Source: an uncultured Planctomycetota bacterium | GTDB taxonomy: Bacteria > Planctomycetota > Planctomycetia > Pirellulales > Lacipirellulaceae | Direction of reading: 5' to 3' | Assembly (NCBI GenBank): GCA_963719315.1 | Contig: CAVRBU010000004.1 | Coordinates: 672,001 to 736,000 of the forward strand | DNA length: 64,000 nucleotides | Part shown: piece after piece, positions 23,109-32,345 of the stretch | Layout: the number at the start of each line of letters is the position of its first letter | Numbering within the stretch: position 1 is the first letter of the stretch | Notes under the pieces: generated by a model | What the model was told of the DNA's origin: nothing | What the model saw: the letters and a program-made list of their open reading frames with translations, nothing else | Database searches by the model: none | Program-made: the position numbers and the translations under genes

Positions 23109-23297
23109 AGCCGCATAATGCAGCGCGGCATGAATATCTTCCGCCGAAAGCTGCGGATAATTCCTCAGTACCTCTTCGTGCGTCCAGCCTTCCGCCAATA
23201 GCTCGACGAGGAATTCCACCGCGATCCGCGTCCCCTTGTTCGACGGCTTTCCAACAAGAACTTTTGGATCGACCGTAATGCGATCTTCCCATCCCAT
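23082..23297 (-). CDS. DUF433 antitoxin-like protein (orphan, C-terminus possibly truncated)
   Basis: RITVDPKVLVGKP..KGTRIAVEFLVELLAEGWTHEEVLRNYPQLSAEDIHAALHYAA; AGGAG upstream. Confidence 0.8.
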   Translation of the reverse strand: MGWEDRITVDPKVLVGKPSNKGTRIAVEFLVELLAEGWTHEEVLRNYPQLSAEDIHAALHYAALWSRDGAV

Positions 23298-23354
23298 GTC
23301 CGGTTTCTCCTACGCTGCTGACGACGGAAAGAACGCCAACTGTACTGCCACTTA

Positions 23355-24532
23355 TACCCTGCGTGGGGATAAATGATCTGTTCCCGAGTAGCTGATTTGT
23401 TGTACAAGGCCCTTATGTCGCCATCGAGGAGGATGGCGTGTTGCTGGCAAGGAGGGCTGTCATGGCTTGGTTTCGAGTCCGATTGACGGAAGAGGAACAG
23501 CGAATTGTCGCGGCCGAGCGGGAGTCTCATCCGGAGTCGCATGTCCGCCGCAAGATGCTGGTGTTGTGGTCGCTGCAGTGTGGTTTGAAGCGATCCCAGG
23601 CGGCGAAATTGGCGGGGGTCGGAGTGGCGACCGTCGGGCGGTACGTTGCGGCCTATCGTGATGGCGGGTTGGAGGGTCTGCGGCGGTGGAATGTGCAAGG
23701 GCCCGTGAGCGACTTGGCCGCCTATCGCGACGTGATCCGCGCGTCGTTCGAGAACCAGCCGGTCCGCACGACCGCGGAAGCCTGCGAACGCATTTACCAA
23801 CTGACCGGCCTGCGGCGGGGACTGTCGCAAACTCGCAAGTTCCTGAAAGACATGGGACTCAAGTGGCAGCGGGTCCGGGCGCTCCCCGTGCCGCCCAAAA
23901 AAACTTGGCCCAGCATGTCGCCGCGCAGGCCCTGTTTCACGACGTCGAACTGAAGCCCCGCCTCGACGCCGCCGCCCGAGGGCGGGGACACGTCTTCTTC
24001 GTCGATGCGGCCCACTTTGTGTACGGGACGTTCCTGTGCTGCTTGTGGTCGTTCACGCGAATCTTCGTGCGGGCCGCCTCGGGCCGCCAGCGGTTCAATG
24101 TCCTGGGAGCCTGGAACGCCGTGACCCGCGAACTGGTAAGCGTGACCAACACCACGGTCGTCAACACGGAAACGATGTGCGAGCTGTTGCGGAAGATCGC
24201 TGCCCTCGGTCTGGCCGGACCGATCACGTTGGTGCTGGACAACCCTCGCTACCAACGTAACGCCGCGGTGCAAGCGTTGGCGACGCAACTGGAAATCACG
24301 CTGCTGTTCCTGCCCTCCTACTCGCCGAACCTGAACCTCATCGAACGGCTTTGGAAGTTCATCAAGCGGCGGGCCATCTATGGGCGTTACCATCCCGGAT
24401 TTCAAGAGTTTCAAGCCGCCATCCAAGAAACAATCGCCGACCTCGCAACCCGCCACGCCGAACCCCTCAAATCCCTCATGACGCTCAACTTTCAGCGATT
24501 CGAAGATGTCTCATTGCTGGCCGCGTAGGGTA
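23355..24532 (+). mobile_element. IS630-family insertion sequence (~1178 bp)
   Basis: Imperfect terminal IRs TACCCTGCGTGG / CCGCGTAGGGTA flanked by TA at 23353-54 and 24533-34; carries HTH and DDE ORFs. Confidence 0.85.
23462..24528 (+). CDS. IS630 transposase, two ORFs joined by a -1 shift at CCCAAAAAAAC (23894-23904)
   Basis: ORF1 has HTHs (TVGRYVAAYRDGGLEGL); ORF2 has FFVDAAHF, LVLDNPRYQ and LPSYSPNLNLIERLWK. Confidence 0.85.
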
Positions 24533-24807
24533 TAAGCCCAACCAAGCGTATAGGCTACTCCCAGTACAAGCCATAGGACGCCAAGGCACCCTGCTGGAAT
24601 GAAAAATAAACTCCCACCCCGATTCGGCACAATCCAATGGCCGTCCTCAGTCATAAATCGGTATGCAAGATCAAATGCGATCACCAGCGGACCGGCAATT
24701 ACCATTAGTGGCCCCTCTCCGTCCACTCCGAGAATTCTGCCGACGCCGATTCCTATTCCGAAAGCTAAGGCACAAATAATGATTCCAACATAATTGAAGA
24801 TGATCAT
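24511..24807 (-). CDS. Small multi-TM membrane protein; native stop codon hit by the IS630
   Basis: Three hydrophobic segments and GGSLFFIP; last 7 residues (YTLRGQQ) are read from the IS end. Confidence 0.6.
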   Translation of the reverse strand: MIIFNYVGIIICALAFGIGIGVGRILGVDGEGPLMVIAGPLVIAFDLAYRFMTEDGHWIVPNRGGSLFFIPAGCLGVLWLVLGVAYTLGWAYTLRGQQ

Positions 24808-24823
24808 ATCAATCCCCAGCTGC

Positions 24824-25072
24824 CTACCTCGCCCCCGACACCACACGAGCGCTAAGCAAGTCCTGCGTGGTCGGCTCCCGAAGATTGCTCGCCGGCACCG
24901 TAACTACTGCGATCGTACGGCCCGTCATATCGAAAAATTCGACGCTATACCCGACCTCGGGCACACCGAGAACATCGTGTTTTTCCACAAGAGTCCCCAC
25001 GTCCCCTGCCCGCAATTTATCTGCCGGAATATCTACCGTAAGTATCGCACGTTGGTACAGTTCTAAAGCCAT
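24824..25072 (-). CDS. DUF4926 domain protein
   Basis: LTVDIPADKLRAGDVGTLVE...GYSVEFFDMTGRTIAVVTV. Confidence 0.8.
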   Translation of the reverse strand: MALELYQRAILTVDIPADKLRAGDVGTLVEKHDVLGVPEVGYSVEFFDMTGRTIAVVTVPASNLREPTTQDLLSARVVSGAR

Positions 25073-25074
25073 AG

Positions 25075-25140
25075 CTACTCCGGATACATTGTAATCAACC
25101 GAGGTGCGTCCGTTCCAAGGTCAATTTGCCAAACGCTGCC
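25075..25140 (-). pseudogene. C-terminal remnant of a DUF6883-like gene, the usual upstream partner of DUF4926
   Basis: Translates GSVWQIDLGTDAPRLITMYPE*, with the stop 2 nt before the DUF4926 ATG; in-frame TGA about 10 codons upstream and no start codon. Confidence 0.6.
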
Positions 25141-25182
25141 CTCCGGAAAAACCTGTCTCACTCGCTACTCACTGAGGCACCT

Positions 25183-25590
25183 TCATTTTGGCAATAGCCG
25201 CCGAAACCCTGCCTGCTCGAAATGATAATCGGTTGTCAAAGCATCAAGAACGCCTCTCTGCCTCATCAACACCATGCTCACGGCATCGCAAAGCGAGTAT
25301 GTCTTATCGAGCTGAGATTGTAACAATTTCATCGCCTGATCGTGAAACAGCGGATCAACCCACACGACCTCAACGTCTGGGTCCACCAAGACATTCGCCG
25401 CGAATCCCAAAGAGTCTGGCCGAGGCATATTCCGCGCCTCGGCCAACGCGACAAATTCCGCGAGCACATAGTTGTGCGTTATTCGCACTGGCGCATCGTC
25501 GTACAGTTGCACCGCGCGCACGTGCCGCATTTCGTCGGCATGGAAACAACACAGAAGTCCAGACGTGTCCAGCAGCATCGTGCCGCTCAC
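25183..25590 (-). CDS. vapC: PIN-domain VapC-like toxin
   Basis: LLDTSGL, THNYVLAEF, YSLCDAVS, LTTDYHFEQAGF. Confidence 0.85.
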   Translation of the reverse strand: MSGTMLLDTSGLLCCFHADEMRHVRAVQLYDDAPVRITHNYVLAEFVALAEARNMPRPDSLGFAANVLVDPDVEVVWVDPLFHDQAMKLLQSQLDKTYSLCDAVSMVLMRQRGVLDALTTDYHFEQAGFRRLLPK

Positions 25591-25832
25591 TCGTGAGAAT
25601 CGCCGTAAGCTCGCCCTAGATCGGAATCGATCCGCTGGTTATCCGCGAATCGTGGATCGCCGGTCTGAGCCGTTCCGAATCGTCGTCGCAAGCTTCCCCG
25701 CTCCGAATCGCCATTCGCCTGTGGAGCAACCGTCACTACCAGTTCCGCTTTGCCGATCGGCGTCTCTGGCGGCAGGGTCACAACCACTTGTCGGTCGGCC
25801 GTAACGTCGGTGAAAGTACGAAAGGTAATCAT
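25587..25832 (-). CDS. Putative antitoxin of the PIN toxin
   Basis: 81 aa, upstream of vapC with an ATGA overlap; beta-rich N-terminus; DNQRIDSDLGRAY C-terminus. Confidence 0.65.
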   Translation of the reverse strand: MITFRTFTDVTADRQVVVTLPPETPIGKAELVVTVAPQANGDSERGSLRRRFGTAQTGDPRFADNQRIDSDLGRAYGDSHE

Positions 25833-25860
25833 GCGTCAACCCAAGCGTTGAGTCGGCCGG

Positions 25861-25889
25861 TGTTCAAGCAGTACTGTTCAATTATAGCA
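25861..25889 (-). promoter_or_regulatory. Extended -10 promoter and probable operator of the vapBC pair
   Basis: Minus strand TGcTATAAT (25889-25881), followed by TTGAACA x2 around the palindrome CAGTACTG. Confidence 0.5.
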
Positions 25890-25900
25890 AACTGGACCGA

Positions 25901-25963
25901 CGTAGGGTGGCACCGCCCGCCAACATGGGCTGGCGCGGCTGGTGGGCAGTGCCCACCCCTACG
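25901..25963. repeat. GTAG-type REP doublet
   Basis: CGTAGGGTGGCACCGCCCGCC ... GGTGGGCAGTGCCCACCCCTACG. Confidence 0.7.
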
Positions 25964-25968
25964 AGGAT

Positions 25969-27426
25969 TTACTCCAATAGCTTCTGTATCGCCTCCATCA
26001 ACACCGGCTCTACCCTGGTCGACACCCGCGAGACCCGCGAGTCGCCTGTTTCGTAGCCGCCTTGCGTGTACGCGATCGACGTGCCGATGTAGCCGGTGCC
26101 GTAATCGCCGTAGGCCGCCATGCAGACGAATGAATCGGGCCGCATCTTCTGCGCGGCGAGTTGGTACTCGACGAATAGCTCGCCCGGCATTTGCAGGATG
26201 TCGATTGGGCCCAGGCGTAATCGCGCGATTGTGATTGCAGGGCCGTCTGCAGCGCGCTGGGCCCAGGCAATGTTGCGGGCCGCTTTCAGCCGCGCAAGCG
26301 GCTGCGCTTGCTCATTGTGCAAAAGCGCGACTTGGACCTTTTCGTCATACCACTCGCTCAGAGGTAGCTTCACGTCGCGCGTCGCCCAGTTGAATGAAAG
26401 ATCGGCCACGGGCACCTTCGTTTGGTCGTCCCAAGCCCGCTTCATTCCCTCGGCCAGCCGGCCGGCAAGGATCGGCCGGTTCTCGTGAGAGCCGTCGTTG
26501 TACTTGCCGGCCGCAATGTTGCCGCCCGCGCCGTTGAAATGAATGTGAAGCCCAGGTTTCTCGGCCGCCTCGGCTTCGTCGCGGGCCATGCCCACGAAGT
26601 CGGCACTGCACATGCCGGTGTAGTAGTAACTTTGCGGATGCGTTGCGTAATACGTCAGCACCGCAATCGGCCGATCGTTGTTCCAGAATGTAAGCATCCG
26701 CACGAAAGGATCGATCAGCCCTTCCGGCAACGCCCGACCGGCCGGATCTTTGCAGGCACTCATGCGGGCATATTCCACTTTGCCGTCCGGCCCAAGAAGG
26801 CGGCGGTTGGAGGCGACTTTTTCGACCAGTCCTTTGCCGTAACCGACTTGCGTCACCGGTTCTGCACGCTCCTCAGCTTCCGCCGCCGCATGCGCCACGC
26901 GGCGAATCGCCTCGCGCACGTACTCCACGGGAAACAACTTACCTGGAAGTCCTGCTTCGGCCGCGATCTTCTCCGCGAGAAAGTCGCAGCCCGGCGCATC
27001 GTGCTGATGGAGTGTATGAACGCAGACGCGATCGACCGGCGTTTTGCAGGCGTCCGCGATCGCCCGACACCACGCATCATGACCTTCGTTGCCAATGCCG
27101 ACCCAATCGACCGCCACGAGCACGACTGGTCTCTGATCTTCGGCCTCAAAAATGATGCCGCGGGCCGACAGCGGATCGTTCACCCCAACGGCCGGCGGCA
27201 CCAGGGCGTCGCACAACGGCGAACCCGGCGGCGGCGTGACATCGACCTTAAACGTCCCCACTTTGAGATTAACCGCATGACTTATGCCAATCGGCAAGAG
27301 AAACCAAGCGATTAGGCAAGCGACAAGTTTGCAGAAGGGCGATTGCGGATTGCGGATTGCGGATTGCGGATTGGAGAACAGTCCGTATTCAGACCGGTGT
27401 GCTTCGCGTTGGTAAACGTCGTTCAT
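25969..27426 (-). CDS. Secreted neutral/alkaline ceramidase-like amidohydrolase-fold protein
   Basis: VDVTPP, DPLSARG, HTLHQHDAP, SNRR, IDP, YATHP, SADF, GAGGN, PGELFVEY, YIGT..AY.QGGYE. Confidence 0.6.
   Translation of the reverse strand: MNDVYQREAHRSEYGLFSNPQSAIRNPQSPFCKLVACLIAWFLLPIGISHAVNLKVGTFKVDVTPPPGSPLCDALVPPAVGVNDPLSARGIIFEAEDQRPVVLVAVDWVGIGNEGHDAWCRAIADACKTPVDRVCVHTLHQHDAPGCDFLAEKIAAEAGLPGKLFPVEYVREAIRRVAHAAAEAEERAEPVTQVGYGKGLVEKVASNRRLLGPDGKVEYARMSACKDPAGRALPEGLIDPFVRMLTFWNNDRPIAVLTYYATHPQSYYYTGMCSADFVGMARDEAEAAEKPGLHIHFNGAGGNIAAGKYNDGSHENRPILAGRLAEGMKRAWDDQTKVPVADLSFNWATRDVKLPLSEWYDEKVQVALLHNEQAQPLARLKAARNIAWAQRAADGPAITIARLRLGPIDILQMPGELFVEYQLAAQKMRPDSFVCMAAYGDYGTGYIGTSIAYTQGGYETGDSRVSRVSTRVEPVLMEAIQKLLE
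27341..27373. repeat. Heptamer tandem repeat (GATTGCG) x ~4.7
   Basis: Directly visible; reads NPQSAIRNPQS in the N-terminus of ORF 25969..27426. Confidence 0.9.
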
Positions 27427-30400
27427 TTCTTTGCACCTTGTGAACCCGCCGCTTGCTGCAAGAAAGCGAGCAGGTTGGCCATGGTTTTTTTGTCAATAAG
27501 TTTTTCAAAGCCCTCGGGCATCAGCGATTTACCGGTGTTGTGCATATCGTCGATATCGACGCGGAGCACGGTCGTCGTTTTGTTCTCGGGGCCGCGCAGC
27601 GTAACGGCGGTCGAAGTCTCGCCCGCGATGACGCCGGTGATGACCTGCCCGTCGTTCGTGAGTACCACGTATTCCAGGAATCGCGGGTCGACCTCCACAT
27701 TCGGCGCGAGCACGTTGAACAAGACCGACTCGGAGCCGCGATTCACCATCGCCGCCAGGTTCGGCCCGACGGCATTTCCAACGCCGCCCATTTCATGGCA
27801 CGTCGAACAGTTCTTCTCGAACACGAGCTTGCCCTGCGCGGCGTCGCCGTTCGCCAATGCCACTTCGCGATATTCCTTGAACACGAGTTGGCGATCCACG
27901 GGTGGCCCCTGCCCGCGGAGCTTGCGGGCGATGTCGCGGACCTTGGCCGACGGATAGTTTTCGAGCCTAGCGGCGTGGGCCGGTTCGAGTGTCGTGATCC
28001 GCACGTTATCTTGTTCGAGGTGCTTCGCCAACGCCAGCGCCCACACCCCGCGATGCAGGAGCAGCTCCGTCGCCTGCGAGCGCTCACTCGGCGCGAACTG
28101 GGCCCATTGCGAAAGCACCAGTTGAGCGACCGCGGGCGAATCGTACTGAGCACAAGTCGCAAGGACGGCCGTGTGAATGACCGCCGGCTCTTGAGGAGAT
28201 AGCAACTTCTCCAGCAGCGGCCGCGCGTGCTCGAAATTGTCGAGCGAAAGATCTTCGATCGCGGCCACGCGGTCGTCCAGCTTTGCATCGCTTTGATTCA
28301 ACACTTTCTCGGCCTCGGCCAGGATGATTTTGGCCGCGTTCCGCCGCAACTGCCTCAACGTCGCCAAGTTTGGCGGTTTGTTCCCGCTGAGCGCATCGGA
28401 CGGCAAACGGCTGAGCGCCTTGAGCAGCGCCGCTTGTCCGACCGGGTGATTCTTGCCATCGGCCTGGCGCAACAGCGACACGAGTACATCGAGATCTGCT
28501 CCGCGCCGCTGGCGAGCGATTTGCCCCACGATCGCGCCGAGGATCGACTCGCCGCTGGGGCTGACCGCCCACTTATCGTTTCCAAGAACCAATGCCAAAA
28601 CATCTCCGGCGCGATCGACGATCGATGTGAGTACGGCATCGGATGTGTCACGATTGTTCGAGGATCGCAACAGAATCGAGGCCAGTGCTTGGGTCGCCGC
28701 CAGATCGCGACATTCGCCCAGCGAAAGCGCCAGTTGGAATTGCACGGCTGGATCGGCGTCTCCCACAAGCGACAAAACCTTGTCGCGCAGCGGCGGCGAT
28801 TTATCGAGCCGCGATTCGCTGAGTCGTATTGCGTTTCGGCGGACTTGTGGATGCGCATCCGCCAAGGCGCGCAGCAAATCGCCATCGTCGAGCGCGTTTA
28901 CGCTATCGAGTGCATACAACACGGCGATCCGCCCCTCGGGCCGCTTTGTCTCAGCAAGCTGCTTGTGAAGCAGTTTACCGGCGGCCGGATCTTGTTGCTC
29001 ATAGATCAGCCTTAGCGCGGTCGTGCGACGCCATTGATTGGCATCATCCAGCGCCGCCGCCAATTCGGCGGTGCTGGCCTGATTCAGCAACTTTGGTGGC
29101 GTATAGTGATAGTCGGCCGGCACGATCCAATAAAGCCGCCCCTTGTCATCGCCGCTCGACAGATCGAGTTGCTTCTTGATTACGGCCGGCAGGCTATCCG
29201 GATGTTCAATGACTTCCCGATACATATCGGCAACGTATAGCCCGCCTTCCGGACCGATGGCGAATTGCACCGGCCGGAACCAAATATCTCTCGAGCGCAC
29301 GAACTCGGAGTCCTTATCGATGCGGTCGCCGCGGTACGTCACTCCGTCGCGCGTGAGACGCTTGCGATGGATCAAATTGCTGCCAACGTCGGCAACGATC
29401 GCTATCGCCTCATCGTTATTGGGCCACAGTCCCCCTTCGTACACGGTGACGCCGGTACTTCCCGTAAAGTAGCCGGCAGCCCGACCACCCCCTTCGACCG
29501 GACCCGATGCCAATCCCGCCACGCGCAGTTTCGTTCGCGCTTTGCGCCACGCCTCCACCGGGCTGATACGATAGACCTCGGCTTGCGGCCCGTCCGATGC
29601 AATCGAACGCCGGGCCGATACGACCGATTGATACGGATTTCGCGAAACGTACCGCTCCTCGAATACGATAGCCTGCAAGTGGTCGCTGTTCTGGCAAACG
29701 AACCGATCGCCCCAACGATTGAACGACATGCCGTGCTGGCCGCCACCGGTGGTGGCCGAGATTTCGAGCGTCTTGGGGTCGAAGCAAAAATCGCGATTGT
29801 GCAGCTCGAGCGGCGGCACCGTACTGCCCACGCGCGTCAACTTGGCCCCAGTGCTACTCGTTTGGCCATAAATCTTGTGGTCGAGTCCCCACAGAAACGT
29901 ATTGAGCAAACCTTGAACGTTCGAGCGGCCGAAGCCTGTGTAGATGACCTTGCGGACGTCGGCCTTGCCGTCGCCATCGGTGTCTTTGAGGTACAAGATG
30001 TCGGGCGCGTCGCCGATGAACACGCCGCCATCATAGCAGGCGACCGCCGTTGGCCAGGACAGATCGTCCGCGAATACACGGCTCGTTTCAAACCGCCCGT
30101 CGCCGTCCTCGTCGGTCAGCAAGCAAATACGGCCGAGGCGCTCCTTGTTCTTCTCGGAGTAGTCGCGCATCTCGACGACATATAAACGGCCGGCCTCGTC
30201 GAACGCCATCGCCACCGGATCGATGACTTGCGGCTCCGCTGAGACAAGGTCCATGCGAAAGCCCTTGGCAACCTCGGTGCTCGCCAGTGATTTCTCGGGC
30301 GACATCGGCGGAACCCGCTCGAGCTTGATCTCGGCGCCCGCCTCACCGGCGGCGGTTTTTTTCACCGGCCGAGTCGCCCCGACGGCGCCCATGCTGCACA

Positions 30401-30446
30401 GCACCGCAACAAAGACAACATCAAAACCCAGTTTTCGATTTAACAT
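27423..30446 (-). CDS. PVC-type heme-binding CxxCH membrane-bound dehydrogenase (sorbosone-dehydrogenase-like propeller + HEAT + cytochrome c)
   Basis: AEPQVIDPVAMAFDEAGRLYVVEMRDY, DTDGDGKAD, WFRPV..GPEGGLYVADMYR.VIEHP, HEAT repeats, CSTCH...GPNL, SLMPEG. Confidence 0.85.
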   Translation of the reverse strand: MLNRKLGFDVVFVAVLCSMGAVGATRPVKKTAAGEAGAEIKLERVPPMSPEKSLASTEVAKGFRMDLVSAEPQVIDPVAMAFDEAGRLYVVEMRDYSEKNKERLGRICLLTDEDGDGRFETSRVFADDLSWPTAVACYDGGVFIGDAPDILYLKDTDGDGKADVRKVIYTGFGRSNVQGLLNTFLWGLDHKIYGQTSSTGAKLTRVGSTVPPLELHNRDFCFDPKTLEISATTGGGQHGMSFNRWGDRFVCQNSDHLQAIVFEERYVSRNPYQSVVSARRSIASDGPQAEVYRISPVEAWRKARTKLRVAGLASGPVEGGGRAAGYFTGSTGVTVYEGGLWPNNDEAIAIVADVGSNLIHRKRLTRDGVTYRGDRIDKDSEFVRSRDIWFRPVQFAIGPEGGLYVADMYREVIEHPDSLPAVIKKQLDLSSGDDKGRLYWIVPADYHYTPPKLLNQASTAELAAALDDANQWRRTTALRLIYEQQDPAAGKLLHKQLAETKRPEGRIAVLYALDSVNALDDGDLLRALADAHPQVRRNAIRLSESRLDKSPPLRDKVLSLVGDADPAVQFQLALSLGECRDLAATQALASILLRSSNNRDTSDAVLTSIVDRAGDVLALVLGNDKWAVSPSGESILGAIVGQIARQRRGADLDVLVSLLRQADGKNHPVGQAALLKALSRLPSDALSGNKPPNLATLRQLRRNAAKIILAEAEKVLNQSDAKLDDRVAAIEDLSLDNFEHARPLLEKLLSPQEPAVIHTAVLATCAQYDSPAVAQLVLSQWAQFAPSERSQATELLLHRGVWALALAKHLEQDNVRITTLEPAHAARLENYPSAKVRDIARKLRGQGPPVDRQLVFKEYREVALANGDAAQGKLVFEKNCSTCHEMGGVGNAVGPNLAAMVNRGSESVLFNVLAPNVEVDPRFLEYVVLTNDGQVITGVIAGETSTAVTLRGPENKTTTVLRVDIDDMHNTGKSLMPEGFEKLIDKKTMANLLAFLQQAAGSQGAKK

Positions 30447-30787
30447 GGAAGATGACTCAAAATGGATTGGATCGGAAGCGGGCAGCCGGGCCGTTCCGGG
30501 GCAATGGCGGGAGGGAAGGCGGGCGCGCCGCGGTAGGCGCACTTTTTTACGTACAACGAGGTGTGGGGGTTCACCCTATCATGCTATACGACCTCGCCGG
30601 TCGCAACTGGCTGGCCACAATCTACGGAATGTAGCGCGGCACCGAAATCGACGATGTCGATTTCATCGCGTCCCAAAAGCTCGCGATAGTCGGCGTAGAC
30701 CCGCGCCTGCGAATGCGCTTCCCGTGCCGCCGCGCGGCGGTGTCACAGGCTCAGGCCGTACTAAAATCAACCGCTATCGATTTGGGC

Positions 30788-32248
30788 TCAATTGGCCGCT
30801 TGGTTTTTGGGGCGGCGCTTAACGGCTTGTTTGTTCACTTCCGGCAGCAGTTTGGGCATTTGAAACTTGACGGCCTGGGATTGCGACTCGAACTCGCGGC
30901 GCAGCTTTTTCATCAAATTCTCGTCGCTCGAGAGATTCTTGATTTCGTAAGGATCGTGGGCCAGATCGAACAGCTCCGTCCATTCGTCGTGATCGGGGTA
31001 TGTAATCAGTTTGTGCGTCGTGGTGCGCACTGCCAGAACCGTGGGGGATGTGAAATTAGGCTCCTTGAAGTACTCGTAGAAAAACGACGACCGCCAATCT
31101 TTGGGAGTGTCGCCCGCGAGCAGCGGCCGCAGGCTGCGGCCTTGAGCTTCAGGCAGCGGCGGGGCGCCGGCGAAGTCGAGGATCGTCGGAGCATAGTCGA
31201 TGTTGAGCACCAGGGAGTCGTTCGTGACGCCGCGCGGCGCCGACTTATTAGGCATTCGAATCAAGAGCGGCACCCGCAAGCTTTCGTCGTAAGCAGACCG
31301 CTTGTCGCCCAACTCGTGTTCGCCGAGGTAATAACCGTTGTCGCTGCCGACGATAACGATTGTGTTCGCCAGTTGGCCATTTTTATCGAGGGCATCCAGC
31401 ACGCGGCCCACGCACTCGTCAATCATCGTGATATGTCGCATGTACGCGCGGTGGCCTTCGAACTGCTGCTTCTTTCGCTGCGGACGGTCGTTCGCGGCCT
31501 GCTTGTCGCGATTGAAAATGGCCGGCACGTGCAGATTGGGGACACCGCGCGATTCTTTGCCGGCGTACAGGCCGCGGGCCCGTTCGGGCAAATTCTCGCC
31601 GCCGCGCGGGCCGTGGGCGCTCTTGAAACCAATCCACAGAAAGAAGGGCTTGTCCTTCGGTTGCTTGTCCAGAAATTTGATGGCGTATTCGGTCGAGACA
31701 TCGTCGATCCAACCCTGAGTCGGTGTTTGCTTGCCATTCAAGAGAATCGGGCAATCGACGTATTTCCCCTGGCCGACGAAGCTGGCGACGTAGTCGAAGC
31801 CGGGCCGCTGGCGCTGCGAATCCAAATGCCACTTGCCGCAATAAGCGTTCGTGTAGCCGGCTTGCTTAAGGTGCTTGGCCACCGTGTCGGTATCAATCGG
31901 CAGCGCCTGGCTGTTGCCGATGATGCCGTTGAGATGGCTGTACCGGCCCGTGAGCACGCACGTTCGGCCGGGCGAGCACAATGAATTCACGACGAATGAC
32001 TGGTCGAATCGCGTGCTCTCTGCGGCGAGCTTGTCGATCCGGGGCGTTTCCAACCACGGGAAACGCCCCTTTTCTCCCAGCTCGCGCTGAAAGACGCCCA
32101 GGCAATCCCACCGCCAATCGTCGGCGTACATGAAAACGATGTTCGGCCGTTGCGATTGTTCCGCAGCCGCGGCGCACGGCGCCGGAATACTGACGGCGAA
32201 CGTGACCAAACCAAACCCAATGACGCTCGCAAGCGATCGAAAGTGCAT
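30788..32248 (-). CDS. Sulfatase (N-acetylglucosamine-6-sulfatase-like)
   Basis: RPNIVFMYADD, CSPGRTCVLTG, GKWHL, SDNGYYLGEHELGDKR. Confidence 0.9.
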   Translation of the reverse strand: MHFRSLASVIGFGLVTFAVSIPAPCAAAAEQSQRPNIVFMYADDWRWDCLGVFQRELGEKGRFPWLETPRIDKLAAESTRFDQSFVVNSLCSPGRTCVLTGRYSHLNGIIGNSQALPIDTDTVAKHLKQAGYTNAYCGKWHLDSQRQRPGFDYVASFVGQGKYVDCPILLNGKQTPTQGWIDDVSTEYAIKFLDKQPKDKPFFLWIGFKSAHGPRGGENLPERARGLYAGKESRGVPNLHVPAIFNRDKQAANDRPQRKKQQFEGHRAYMRHITMIDECVGRVLDALDKNGQLANTIVIVGSDNGYYLGEHELGDKRSAYDESLRVPLLIRMPNKSAPRGVTNDSLVLNIDYAPTILDFAGAPPLPEAQGRSLRPLLAGDTPKDWRSSFFYEYFKEPNFTSPTVLAVRTTTHKLITYPDHDEWTELFDLAHDPYEIKNLSSDENLMKKLRREFESQSQAVKFQMPKLLPEVNKQAVKRRPKNQAAN

Positions 32249-32345
32249 AAATTGCTCCGCCTGGTTGCAGAATCCTCGGAACCTCATCTGCATCGAGACT
32301 CCGCCATCCAAAGAATATGATCACGGGGGACTGAGCACATACACT

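Noticed and set aside
23894..23904. IS630 A7 frameshift as a novelty
   Set aside because: Split ORFs joined at an A-run are common in IS630; it could also be one more homopolymer deletion
30713..31984. Long antisense ORFs (also 38013..39416, 46387..47634, 34441..35568, 56039..57211)
   Set aside because: Shadow ORFs opposite well-supported genes, expected from high-GC codon bias; no motifs
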